Of a stretch of DNA of 64,000 nt, positions 18,076-27,665 are shown piece by piece. Source of the DNA: Longimicrobiales bacterium (lineage in GTDB: Bacteria > Gemmatimonadota > Gemmatimonadetes > Longimicrobiales > Gaopeijiaceae); contig OZ241869.1 of NCBI GenBank assembly GCA_965202805.1, positions 128,001 through 192,000 of the forward strand. Direction: 5' to 3'. The position numbers were made by a program, and so were the translations under genes. The first letter of the stretch is position 1. Every line of letters begins with the position of its first letter. The notes under the pieces were generated by a model. That model searched no databases. It saw only the letters and a list, made by a program, of their open reading frames with translations, and had not been told where the DNA came from.

Positions 18076-20379
18076 ATGCCCGACGCCAACGACAGCCTGG
18101 TCGCCCGCCTCTTCAGGCGACGCGTTCCCCAGATCTTCGCCATCTACATGGGCGCCTGCTGGGGGCTCGTCGAGTTCGCCGACTTCATGGTGGAGGAATT
18201 CCTGCTCTCCCCGCACTGGACGCGGGTGGCACTGGTCGGTTCGCTCCTTCTGGCTCCCAGCGCTCTGATGCTCGCCTGGTATCACGGCAAACCGGGCCGG
18301 GACCGGATGGCGAGGGCGGAGAAGGTCGGCATTCCCGCGAACGTCGCGCTATGTGTGACCGTTCTGTGGGGAGTCTTCGGCGGCAGCGACCTCGGCGCCG
18401 CCACGACTGCCGTGACGGTGGAGACCGAGGACGGCGAGGTCATCGAGCGCGTCGTTGCAAAGGCCGAATTCCGCAAGCGAACCGCGCTCTTCCCCCTGGA
18501 AGCGGGGACGGGGATCGAGCCTGACGAGTCCTGGCTTGCGTACGCCGTGCCGCTGGCGCTCGAGATCGACGTCCTCGCGGACGATTTCTTCCAGCCGGTG
18601 ACGCTGGGGCCGATCATCGGAGAGCTGCGCGACCTCGGATTCGACAACCCCGGCAACGTCCCTTCCACGCTCAGGCGTGAGGTCGCCGAAAGGCAGTACG
18701 CGGACTTCCTGGTCGCGGGATCGATCGATCGGGCCGATGATCGGTATCGCGTGGCCCTGAGGCTCCACCGGGTCGCCGACGGGTCCCTGGTGGAGGAATC
18801 GGTTTACGAAGGCAACGACCTGCTGGCGCTCGTCGACGAGATGTCGCCGGCGCTGAAGACATCCCTCGCGATCCCGGCCCGGGACGGCATCGAGGACCTC
18901 CCGGTGCGCGAACGGCTCACCAGCGAGCCGGCGGCCTGGCGGGAGTACGTTCTGGGCATCGCCGGCCTGTTTGTCCGGGACGACCTGACGGCGGCCATCG
19001 AGCACATGAAAGCCGCCGCGCAACTGGATCCCACCTTCACCGCCGCCCATTGGGTTCAATCCAACCTGCTCATCAGCGACAATCGCCAGGAGGAAGCGCT
19101 GGGCGCGGTCCAGGCGGCCATGGAGCACCTGTACAGGCTGCCGGAACGGATGGGATTCCCCGTCAAGGCCGGATACTACTTCCTGGCGGGCCAGCTGGAG
19201 AGGATGGCGGCGGTCTCGAAGATGTGGGTGGACCTCTACCCGGGCGATGTGGAAGCACTTCTCCACTACACCACCCTGTTGCAGATGAGGGGCGACTGGG
19301 AGGGCGTGCTCGCCACCCTGAACGAGATTCACCGGCTTACGCCCCGCGATGCCGGCGTCCTGCGGGAGATCGCGGCGGTCCAGGAACAACTCGGCGACGA
19401 GGAAGCGGCGCTGGCATCGCTGGCCGACTACGTGGAGCAGCGCCCTGACGACCATTCCGGGTACCAGAGCCTGGCGGCCATCCGGTACCGGCGGGGGGAA
19501 CTCGAAATCGCTCGCGAGAACATCGAGCGAGCCATCCTCATCCAGCCCCTGCTTCCGGAGCTCACGACCGAACTCGCGAATCTCGATTTGGTCACGGGGC
19601 GATTCGACGACGCCCTGACCAGCTACCGCAATGCCCTGGAGATGGCGCGTTCGCCTTTTCAGAAAGCCGAGGTGCTGCGGAGACTCGCCGGCTACCACCG
19701 CTTCCGTGGAGAGGTGGAGAGCGTGATTCGGACGCTGGACGACTGGCTCGACGAGGCGACCGGCGCGTTGGCCCCGATCTCCATCACCCAGGCCCGGTTT
19801 CCCGACATCAACGTGTTCTTCGCGGCAGGCCGGGACGAGGAAGCCGTTGCCCTGTTCCAGGAGTTGAGCGCGCAGCTCGCCCCACCCCTGAGCGAATACT
19901 ACGTGCCGCATTGGGCCATTAACGTTGCCCTGGGGCTTGAGGACTTCGCGGCCGCCCGGGAGGCGCACGCCCGCGCAGTGGAAGCGGTGGGAGCCAACCA
20001 GTTCGACGTACTGGCCCCGACGCTGACGGGGGATCTGGGCCGTATCCAGGAGGCCGAGGGCGACTACGCGTCAGCCGCCGCCAGCTACGAGAGTGCGATG
20101 GACGAAGACCCGGCGCTGGACTTGCACTGGCGCCTCAGCCGGGCGCTGAGGATGGATGGCCGGTTGGCGGAAGCCGAGGCGGTGCTGGACGAGGCGCTGC
20201 CCTCCAGGCCCGCGGCTCCGCATCTGCACCTGCAGATGGCCTACCTGCGGGAGGCGAGAGGGGATGTCCCCGGTGCGATCGATCACCTGCGCACCGCGCT
20301 GGCGGCCTGGGCGAACGCCGACGACGCCTTCGAGCCCGCCCGCGAGGCCCGCGAGAAGCTGGCGGAGCTGGGGGGATAG
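18076..20379 (+). CDS. Membrane-anchored TPR protein with TolB-N-like region
   Basis: N-terminal RRRV plus three TM helices; helical TPR-like repeats (AAQLDPTFTAAH etc.). Confidence 0.8.
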   Translation: MPDANDSLVARLFRRRVPQIFAIYMGACWGLVEFADFMVEEFLLSPHWTRVALVGSLLLAPSALMLAWYHGKPGRDRMARAEKVGIPANVALCVTVLWGVFGGSDLGAATTAVTVETEDGEVIERVVAKAEFRKRTALFPLEAGTGIEPDESWLAYAVPLALEIDVLADDFFQPVTLGPIIGELRDLGFDNPGNVPSTLRREVAERQYADFLVAGSIDRADDRYRVALRLHRVADGSLVEESVYEGNDLLALVDEMSPALKTSLAIPARDGIEDLPVRERLTSEPAAWREYVLGIAGLFVRDDLTAAIEHMKAAAQLDPTFTAAHWVQSNLLISDNRQEEALGAVQAAMEHLYRLPERMGFPVKAGYYFLAGQLERMAAVSKMWVDLYPGDVEALLHYTTLLQMRGDWEGVLATLNEIHRLTPRDAGVLREIAAVQEQLGDEEAALASLADYVEQRPDDHSGYQSLAAIRYRRGELEIARENIERAILIQPLLPELTTELANLDLVTGRFDDALTSYRNALEMARSPFQKAEVLRRLAGYHRFRGEVESVIRTLDDWLDEATGALAPISITQARFPDINVFFAAGRDEEAVALFQELSAQLAPPLSEYYVPHWAINVALGLEDFAAAREAHARAVEAVGANQFDVLAPTLTGDLGRIQEAEGDYASAAASYESAMDEDPALDLHWRLSRALRMDGRLAEAEAVLDEALPSRPAAPHLHLQMAYLREARGDVPGAIDHLRTALAAWANADDAFEPAREAREKLAELGG

Positions 20380-20442
20380 GGGCGGGACAGCTCCGCCTCA
20401 GGCGTTCACCCCCCGTTCTCCGCCACAGGGGATCGACAGCCG

Positions 20443-21741
20443 TCAGGGCGCCTGCAGCTCGTACACCTCCACGCGTTCGACGCCGAGGTCGTCCGTGGAT
20501 ATGACGGTCAGTCTTCCGTCGCCGACGTGCTGGATGCGAAGGCTGGCGGGTGCCACCACCTGGCCCAGGAAGCCGCCGTCGGCAGCGAACACATCGCGGG
20601 GGACCGTCTCGGCGCCCCGAATCGCGAAGCGGCGCGCCCAGATCTCCCCTCCGTCGGCGATGAGCAGCGAGGTCCATGCGGGGAGCCGGTCGGGAAGTTG
20701 TATCTCCCGGTAGCGGCGCAGGGCTGCCTCCACCTGGGCGTCGTCCATGGGCTCCCGGCCGCCCGTTGAGCCGCGAACCCAGGCTTCGAGGTGCGCGTCG
20801 GTGTGGACGGGCGGCTCTTCGGCGAGGCGCACGATGCGCTCGAGCGTGCCCGCGGGGCCATAGGTGGAGAATTCGTAGGACCGGCCCGTGGTCACGGCCA
20901 TGCGCCCGTCCGGGGCCGCGGTGGCGGCGGGGGCGGGCGAGAAGGGTACCCGCAGGATCTGGATCGACAGGTTGGTTCCGCTGCCCTGGGCGCTTGTCTG
21001 CGTTGCTTGACCCGGCACTGTCGCGACGGTGTCGATCAGGGCGCCCTCCAGGTCGTGCCGGACCAGGTACTCGGATCTGCTTCCGGAAGGGTCCGAGATC
21101 GACTCGAGGGCAGCTTCCAGGCTGAAGGCGCCGTCCATCACCGAGGGGAGGTTCAGGGATTCCACCCGGCTCAGGAACGTGCCCGGTCCCGCAAGCCGGA
21201 CCGGGCGGATCATGGGCACCTCGCCCGGGCCCTGGAAGGTCGCGGTTGCCAGCAGTTCGCCGTCCCGGCCGAAGCGGGTAATGCGGTCGAGTCGCTGGTC
21301 AACCGCGACGATGGCGCCGTCCGCCGCCTGCCAGGCTCCCGCGAGCGCCCGGAACTCGCCCGGTCCCTCTCCCGGGCCTCCGATGGTCTGGAGGTGGGCG
21401 CCGCTCGCGTCGAAGATGCGGATCTCGCTCATCTGGCCATCGGCGACGATCAGGTTGCCCGCGGCATCGATGGCGACCGAAGCGATGCGCCCGAAGAGCA
21501 CCTCTGCGGGGCCGACGATGGCCCCGATGGAGAGGACCGGTTCCGGGGCGATGGTGGCGTACACGCCGTCGCCGGGCGGATTGGTGACGATGGCGACGCC
21601 CGCCGAGTCGGTGACCTGGGCGCGAACGGGCGTTGATTCGGCGTTATCCCCGCAAGCTGCCAGGGGCGCAAGCATAACGCAAAGCCACGCCCCGTTCGCG
21701 TGGAGGGGCCGCCGGAGCCGGGGCAATCGCCGTCTTCTCAT
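20443..21741 (-). CDS. 6-bladed beta-propeller (NHL-like) lipoprotein
   Basis: Lipobox LAAC, DSAGVAIV, GGPGEGPGEF, C-terminal DDLGVERVEVYEL. Confidence 0.85.
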   Translation of the reverse strand: MRRRRLPRLRRPLHANGAWLCVMLAPLAACGDNAESTPVRAQVTDSAGVAIVTNPPGDGVYATIAPEPVLSIGAIVGPAEVLFGRIASVAIDAAGNLIVADGQMSEIRIFDASGAHLQTIGGPGEGPGEFRALAGAWQAADGAIVAVDQRLDRITRFGRDGELLATATFQGPGEVPMIRPVRLAGPGTFLSRVESLNLPSVMDGAFSLEAALESISDPSGSRSEYLVRHDLEGALIDTVATVPGQATQTSAQGSGTNLSIQILRVPFSPAPAATAAPDGRMAVTTGRSYEFSTYGPAGTLERIVRLAEEPPVHTDAHLEAWVRGSTGGREPMDDAQVEAALRRYREIQLPDRLPAWTSLLIADGGEIWARRFAIRGAETVPRDVFAADGGFLGQVVAPASLRIQHVGDGRLTVISTDDLGVERVEVYELQAP

Positions 21742-21800
21742 CCCTTGGATTCCCTGGTATTCGCCCTCCACCGAGGATGGGGGCGAGTGTGTCTCCAAAT

Positions 21801-21849
21801 CACGAAAAGTTTCGTAGATTACGATGACCGACGGTTCCCGCGATGTCAA
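21801..21849 (-). promoter_or_regulatory. sigma70 promoter plus BlaI-type operator upstream of the beta-propeller gene
   Basis: Minus strand TTGACA(21849-21844)-17-CATCGT-3nt-CTACGAA-ACTTT-TCGTG(21817-21801); same geometry as the blaI promoters. Confidence 0.7.
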
Positions 21850-21898
21850 CTCTTTCCGTTTCTCCATGAATGGAGCGCAAGGCGGTTGGACCGCCCGG

Positions 21899-23866
21899 TC
21901 ACTGCCTCCTCTCACCCACGTCGACCATCTCGTCCTTCAGGAACCGTCCGAAGAAATCCAGCATGTCGAGCAGCATCCGGCGTCGGTTGGCCTTGCCGCG
22001 CACGTAGTAGTTCTCGTTCGGGTAGGTCGTGTACTCGAAGGGCTTGTAGTGGTTTTCGAGCGCGCGCGCGAAGATCTCGGACTGGTCCGAGCCGGGATAG
22101 CGTCCCTCGCCGTGCACCAGGAAGATCGGCGCGGAGACCTTGTCGACCTCGTAGATCGCCGAGCTGTTGCGCCACACGTCCTGGTTCGTCTCGAAGGGCC
22201 CGAGTTCGTGCTCGAGCAGCTTGACGTGCCGCAGTTCGTTCTCGCTGCGATGGAAGTGCACCCAGTCCGAGTAGCCCGAGCCGGGAATGATCGCGCGGAA
22301 GGCGTCCGGCGCGAAGGCCGCCGCGTACATGCCCATTATGCCGCCATAGCTGGTGCCGGTCAGGCCGATCCGGTCCGGGTCAACCCCGGGCTGCGCCTTA
22401 AGGAAGTCGGCCCCCGCGAGCACGTCTTCGAGGTCGCAGTGGCCCCAGCAGCCGTTGTTCGCGTCGGCGAAGTCCTTCCCGTATCCCGAACTGCCCCGGA
22501 TGTTGGGAAGCAGCACGGCGTATCCACGCTGCGCGAAGAACTGCACGTGCTGCTGGAAGGTGTCGTTGAACTGCGAGGTGGGGCCGCCGTGGATCCACAG
22601 GATGCCGGGTGCGCGCCGGCCCGCCGGGACGCCCGCCGGGCGGTAGAGGTACGCCGGGATCGAATATCCGTCCGTGCTGGGGTAATGGACCTTCTCCGGC
22701 AGGATCAGCCGGTCGGCAAAGTTGCCGGCGGGCATGGAAAAGGTGAGCTGGCGGCTCTCGCCGCTCTCCACGGACACCACATGCAGATCCTGCGGGGTGA
22801 CCAGGTCGGCCTCGAGGTAGGCGATCGAGCGGCTGTCGGGCGACCACGAGGGGCCTGAGGCCACCCCGCCGTCGGGGGACACCAGCACGCGGGGCTTGCC
22901 GCCGTCGGGCGAGACCACGCGCAGGTCGTGGTGACCGTTGTGGTTCTCGACGTAGGCGATCCAGCGTCCGTCGGGCGACCAGACCGCGCTGCTCTGGTCG
23001 GCCTCGGCCGCGGCGACCGGACGGGGTTCACCGCCGTCGACCGGGGCGAGCCAGTAGTTGATCCAGCCGCTGCGATGAGAGCGGAAGAGGACCTGGCGTC
23101 CGTCGGGCGAGACCCGGGGATAGGCGAAGGTGCTGCCGGCGCCGTAGTCGAAGAAGTCGCGGTCCCGGAGCACGGTGCGCGCACCCGATCCGTCCGGAGC
23201 GACCGAGACGACGTCGTGGTCCTCCCAGGCGTCGTCGAGGCGCACGTACAGGATGTTCTGCGAGTCGGGAGTCCAGGTCGGGAAGACCTCGTACCTCTTG
23301 TCGTCAGTGATGCGCCGGACGCGGCGCGTGGCGACCTCGACCGTCCAGATGTCGTAGTTGCCGTAGCGGTCGCCGGCGAAGGCGATCGAGCGCTCGTCGG
23401 GCGACCAGGTCATCGAGTTGATGCGCCCGCCCAGGTTGGTGAGCTGCACCTCGGTGCCGTCGCGGGTGGACCAGACCCGGATCTCCGGCGAGCCGCCCTT
23501 GTCCGACACGTACGAGATCCAGTTGCCCTCGGGCGACCAGCCCGGCATCTGCGAGGCCAGGAAGTGGCCCGAGCTGCCCAGGTCGATCGGGACACGGGTG
23601 GGGAAGCCGCCCTCGGGCGAGAGCGTGACCAGTCCGCCGGAGAGCGAGGACTGGAAGAGGATCGACGATCCGTCGGGGGACCAGGAGGGCGAGCCGGAAA
23701 CGACCGACTCGATGGAAAGCAGCTGGTCGATGGTCAGGATGTCGGCATCCTGGGCGTGGACCGGGCCGGGGACACCCTTGGCCGCGGCCGCAAGGATGAG
23801 GGCGGAAGCCAGGTTGGTGGCGGATCGCTGGCGGAGGACCGCCTCCGGGTTTCGATGACGGGTCAT
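21899..23866 (-). CDS. S9 family peptidase-like protein with an altered catalytic triad
   Basis: WSP repeats, IHGGP, RGSSGYG, GTSYGG; Asp motif reads HGEGRYP and His motif reads YPNENYY; AAGGAG RBS. Confidence 0.88.
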   Translation of the reverse strand: MTRHRNPEAVLRQRSATNLASALILAAAAKGVPGPVHAQDADILTIDQLLSIESVVSGSPSWSPDGSSILFQSSLSGGLVTLSPEGGFPTRVPIDLGSSGHFLASQMPGWSPEGNWISYVSDKGGSPEIRVWSTRDGTEVQLTNLGGRINSMTWSPDERSIAFAGDRYGNYDIWTVEVATRRVRRITDDKRYEVFPTWTPDSQNILYVRLDDAWEDHDVVSVAPDGSGARTVLRDRDFFDYGAGSTFAYPRVSPDGRQVLFRSHRSGWINYWLAPVDGGEPRPVAAAEADQSSAVWSPDGRWIAYVENHNGHHDLRVVSPDGGKPRVLVSPDGGVASGPSWSPDSRSIAYLEADLVTPQDLHVVSVESGESRQLTFSMPAGNFADRLILPEKVHYPSTDGYSIPAYLYRPAGVPAGRRAPGILWIHGGPTSQFNDTFQQHVQFFAQRGYAVLLPNIRGSSGYGKDFADANNGCWGHCDLEDVLAGADFLKAQPGVDPDRIGLTGTSYGGIMGMYAAAFAPDAFRAIIPGSGYSDWVHFHRSENELRHVKLLEHELGPFETNQDVWRNSSAIYEVDKVSAPIFLVHGEGRYPGSDQSEIFARALENHYKPFEYTTYPNENYYVRGKANRRRMLLDMLDFFGRFLKDEMVDVGERRQ

Positions 23867-23959
23867 GGCGTACTCCTTGTTTCGATCGCCGCCGGCTGCC
23901 ACCGCCAGGATGACCGGCGGGCGCACCTCTGTGAAGCCGTCCCCCCTCGGCAACGTGCC

Positions 23960-24886
23960 CTACACGTGCGTCAGCCAGCCATAGGGGTCTTCCGCCCGCT
24001 GCTTGACGATGTCCATGAAGCGTTTCTGGATCCGCAGCGTGACTTCGCCTGCCTTGCCGCAGCCGATCTGGATGCGGTCGACGCTGGTGATGGGCGTCAC
24101 CTCGGTCGCGGTGCCCGAGAAGAAGAGCTCGTCGCAGGTATAGAGGGTTTCGCGGGCGACCAGCTGTTCGCTGGCGGGAATCCCCATTTCTCCCGCCAAC
24201 CTCAGCACCGTGTCGCGCGTGATGCCCTGAAGCGAGGTGCCGTCGAGGATGGGCGTTATGAGCTGACCATCCACGACGAGGAAGAGGTTCTGGCCGCTCC
24301 CCTCGCTGACCAGCCCGTTGGGACCGAGTGCGATGGCGTCGGCATAGCCGTCGGCATGCGCCTCCATCTTCATGAGCATGGCGGCGTTGTAGTGGCCAGC
24401 CGCCTTCGCCCGCATGGGGAAGGTGTTGGGCTCGGCACGCTGCCAGGAGGATACCTTCACCCCGACGCCCTTCTCGAGCGCGCCCTTGCCGAGATAGGTG
24501 TCCAGCGGCCACGCCGCCACGTAGGACTCGATGGGGCTCGCCCGTGGATCGAGGGCCGCGGCGCCGTATCCCCGGGCCACCATGGGACGGATGTAGCAGC
24601 TGGCCAGGTTGTTTTTCGCCACCACGTCGACGCACGCCTGGGCGAACTCCTCCCGCGTGTACCGCGGCACCATCCGGTAGACGGTGCAGGAGTTGTAGAG
24701 CCTGCGGATGTGCGCGTTGAGACGGAAGATGGCCCGCCGTCCCCCGGACTCGTAGCAGCGGATGCCCTCGAACAGGGACACGCCGAACTGTACCGCCAGG
24801 GAGAGCAGGTGCACCTGGGCGTCCTGCCACGCGATGAACTCGCCGTCCTTCCAGATGAATTCGGATTCCTGTAGCTCAAGGGCCAT
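23960..24886 (-). CDS. ilvE: Branched-chain amino acid aminotransferase (class IV PLP)
   Basis: FEGIRCY, YIRP, AKAAGHY, SEGSGQN, LQGITR, GTATEV. Confidence 0.9.
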   Translation of the reverse strand: MALELQESEFIWKDGEFIAWQDAQVHLLSLAVQFGVSLFEGIRCYESGGRRAIFRLNAHIRRLYNSCTVYRMVPRYTREEFAQACVDVVAKNNLASCYIRPMVARGYGAAALDPRASPIESYVAAWPLDTYLGKGALEKGVGVKVSSWQRAEPNTFPMRAKAAGHYNAAMLMKMEAHADGYADAIALGPNGLVSEGSGQNLFLVVDGQLITPILDGTSLQGITRDTVLRLAGEMGIPASEQLVARETLYTCDELFFSGTATEVTPITSVDRIQIGCGKAGEVTLRIQKRFMDIVKQRAEDPYGWLTHV

Positions 24887-24988
24887 CGGGTTTCTCGGTT
24901 GGGGGGTGGGTTGATGGAAGCCGGTGCGGCGCGGTCGTGTGCCCGGCTCGTGCCGCATTCGGGCGAGGCACGATGTGCGGGCGGGCAA

Positions 24989-25780
24989 TCATATCAGGGC
25001 GCGAATCCATCCGCCGTCCACGGGAATCGACGTGCCGGTGATGTAGCTCGCGCGTTCAGAAGCGAGAAAGGTAACCAATGCCGCAAATTCCGCGGGGTCG
25101 CCCACGCGTCCCGCGGGGATTTCGCCGGCCCAGCGGTCGAACGCGGCTTCCCGGTCGATCCCTTCGCGTGCGGCGATCTGGCCGGCCAGCCAGTCCAGGC
25201 GGGCCGTGCGGGTGTAGCCGGGCATCACGTTGTTCACGGTGACGCCGTCGCGCGCCACCTCGTTGGCCAGGGTGCGGGCGAAGCCGGTGACCGCGGCGCG
25301 CACGCTGTTGGAGAGGATGAGCCCGTCGACGGGCTGCTTCACCGCGATCGAGGTGACGTTGACGATCCGGCCCCAGCCTCGCTCGCGCATGCCGGGAAGG
25401 ACGGCGCGGGTCAGGTTGAGGACGCTCTCCAGGTTCTGGGCGACGGCGGCGCGCCACGCCCCGGGGGAGTGCGCCTCGAAGGGGCCGGAGGGCGGGCCGC
25501 CGGTGTTGGTGACCAGGATGTCGACCTGTCCGAAGGCCTCCGCGGCGGCGTCGGTGACGCGCCGGACGCCCTCGGGGTCGGTGAGGTCGGCGGCCACGGC
25601 GACGGGCTCGGAGCCGGAGGCGCGCGCGATGCGGTTGCGGGTGCGCTTCAGGTCGTCGGCGCCGCGGGCGCACATCACCAGCCGGGCCCCCTCGCGCGCG
25701 AACTCCTCGGCAACCGCGCGTCCCAGCCCGCGGCTGGAGGCGGCCACCAGCGCGACCCTTCCGGTCAGCCCGAGGTCCAC
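24989..25780 (-). CDS. SDR family oxidoreductase (atypical, SNSVR in place of YxxxK)
   Basis: AASSRGLG, NTGGP, PGYTRT, YITGTSIPVDGG. Confidence 0.9.
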   Translation of the reverse strand: MDLGLTGRVALVAASSRGLGRAVAEEFAREGARLVMCARGADDLKRTRNRIARASGSEPVAVAADLTDPEGVRRVTDAAAEAFGQVDILVTNTGGPPSGPFEAHSPGAWRAAVAQNLESVLNLTRAVLPGMRERGWGRIVNVTSIAVKQPVDGLILSNSVRAAVTGFARTLANEVARDGVTVNNVMPGYTRTARLDWLAGQIAAREGIDREAAFDRWAGEIPAGRVGDPAEFAALVTFLASERASYITGTSIPVDGGWIRALI

Positions 25781-25789
25781 GTCACCGGC

Positions 25790-26161
25790 TCATCTCAGAT
25801 ACGCGTCGGTGCCGTCCAGCCAGTCCTGCCGGGGCGGGCAGAAGACGTCCACGTCGAGCGTGTCCTCGAGCGCGACCGCCTTGTGCGGCACCCACGAGGG
25901 AATGTGCAGGACCTCTCCGGCGCGCACGACTACCTCCTCGCTCTCATCCTCCCCGATCCAGAAGTGCAGCGCGCCCTCCAGCACATAGGTGAGCTGTTCG
26001 TTGTCGTGCGAATGCAGCGGCACGACGGAGCCCTTGTCCAGATATATGTGCGCGAGCATCATGCGCTCGCCCGTCACCAGGCGCCTTCCGAGTCCTTCCT
26101 TGACCTCTTCGATCGGCATGTCGTCCCAGCGGAAGTGGCGTACACTCGTTCCCGCGCTCAT
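25790..26161 (-). CDS. Cupin domain protein (copy 1)
   Basis: VPLHSHDNEQ, GEVLHIPSWVPH, DVFCPPRQD. Confidence 0.9.
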   Translation of the reverse strand: MSAGTSVRHFRWDDMPIEEVKEGLGRRLVTGERMMLAHIYLDKGSVVPLHSHDNEQLTYVLEGALHFWIGEDESEEVVVRAGEVLHIPSWVPHKAVALEDTLDVDVFCPPRQDWLDGTDAYLR

Positions 26162-26309
26162 TTGCTCTCCCTGGTGATGGCGGATTGGGCCGGCAGTTGG
26201 GCCGGGCGAACCCTCTCAATACCGTAACCGCGGGACTTCGGCAAGTAGCGGTAGTCGATGGTTCCGAAGTTGGCGCAGGGTCGGTCGGCCCGGGCGGCCT
26301 CGGCGCACC

Positions 26310-26687
26310 TCACCGCAAGTAGTTGTCGGTGCCGTCCAGCCAGTCCTGGCGAGGCGGGCAGAAGACATCGGTCACCAGCGTGTCCTCGAGCGCGAGCGCG
26401 CTGTGCGGCAATCCGGAGGGAATGCAGAGCACTTCGCCGGAGCGGACGATCACCTCCTCACCCTCGTCCCCGTCCTCCCCGAGCCGGAGCCGGAGCGCGC
26501 CATCCAGCACGTGGGCGATCTGCTCGTTGTCGTGCGCGTGCAGCGGGACGACGGTGCCCCGGGCCATGTACCAGTGCGCGAGCATCATGCGCCGGCCGGT
26601 CACCACGCGCCTTCCCAGACCTTCCTTCACCTCTTCCATTGGCATATCGTCCCACCGGAAATGACGGGCGCGCCGCTCGGGGCTCAT
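26310..26687 (-). CDS. Cupin domain protein (copy 2, tandem paralog)
   Basis: VPLHAHDNEQ, GEVLCIPSGLPH, DVFCPPRQD. Confidence 0.9.
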   Translation of the reverse strand: MSPERRARHFRWDDMPMEEVKEGLGRRVVTGRRMMLAHWYMARGTVVPLHAHDNEQIAHVLDGALRLRLGEDGDEGEEVIVRSGEVLCIPSGLPHSALALEDTLVTDVFCPPRQDWLDGTDNYLR

Positions 26688-26910
26688 TGATTCTCCTTGG
26701 TGATGGCTCGGGCGTGTCGGCGATTCGCCGGGCGAACCCCCTCAATACCGTAACCGGCTTCATTCGGCAAGTGGCGCGCATATTGCCGGGGATTTCGGGT
26801 GGTGAGGCCGGGGCCCGCGGGGCGGGGCGGCGGGGTTGCGACCCATGTGAGCAGGGAGAAACGAGGGACCGGGCGAGCGCTCGCAGGTCCCGATCAGGGG
26901 AGGAAACGAC

Positions 26911-27633
26911 GTGTCCGAGGCGAATTCGGAGGCCCGGGGCCCGGGGGGACCGCGACGGTGGCTGCTGGTGCTTGCGGCGGTGGCGGTGATCGCGCTGCTG
27001 GTGTTTGCGGGGAGGTCGCTGGCCGGGGCCATCCCGGCGCTCGCGGAGCGCATCGAGGGGCTGGGGATATGGGGTCCGGTGGTCTTCGTGTGCGCCTACG
27101 CCGCCGCCACGGTGGCCTTTGCGCCGGGCTCGATTCTGACGCTCGCCGCGGGAGCCATCTTCGGCATCGCGCGCGGGACCGTGATCGTATTCGTGGGAGC
27201 CACGACGGGGGCGGCGCTCGCCTTTCTGGTGGCGCGCTACCTCGCCCGGTCCGCGATCGAGCGCAAGGTGGCCGGCTATCCCCGCTTCGCCGCCATCGAC
27301 CGCGCCATCGGCGAACAGGGGCGCAGGATCGTCTTCCTGCTGCGGCTGTCGCCGGTCTTTCCCTTCAACCTGCTCAACTATGCGCTCGGGCTGACCCGGG
27401 TTCGCTTCGTGGACTATCTGATCGCGTCGCTGGGGATGATTCCCGGGACGCTGCTGTACGTCTACTACGGCCAGGTGATCGGCGACGTGGCGGCGCTGGC
27501 GAGCGGGGTGGAGGTGGCGCGGGGCGCGGGTTACTACACGGTGCTCGGGGTCGGGCTGGCGGCCACGATCGTGGTCACGACCCTGGTCACGCGCATCGCC
27601 CGGCGGGCGCTGAAGGAGATCACGGGGGATTGA
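26911..27633 (+). CDS. TVP38/TMEM64 (DedA-like) membrane protein
   Basis: PGSILTLAAGAIFG, LLRLSPVFPFNLLNY, MIPGTLLYVY. Confidence 0.9.
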   Translation: MSEANSEARGPGGPRRWLLVLAAVAVIALLVFAGRSLAGAIPALAERIEGLGIWGPVVFVCAYAAATVAFAPGSILTLAAGAIFGIARGTVIVFVGATTGAALAFLVARYLARSAIERKVAGYPRFAAIDRAIGEQGRRIVFLLRLSPVFPFNLLNYALGLTRVRFVDYLIASLGMIPGTLLYVYYGQVIGDVAALASGVEVARGAGYYTVLGVGLAATIVVTTLVTRIARRALKEITGD

Positions 27634-27665
27634 GGGTGGTGGTGCGGTGGCGGCGGTCGGCGCAG

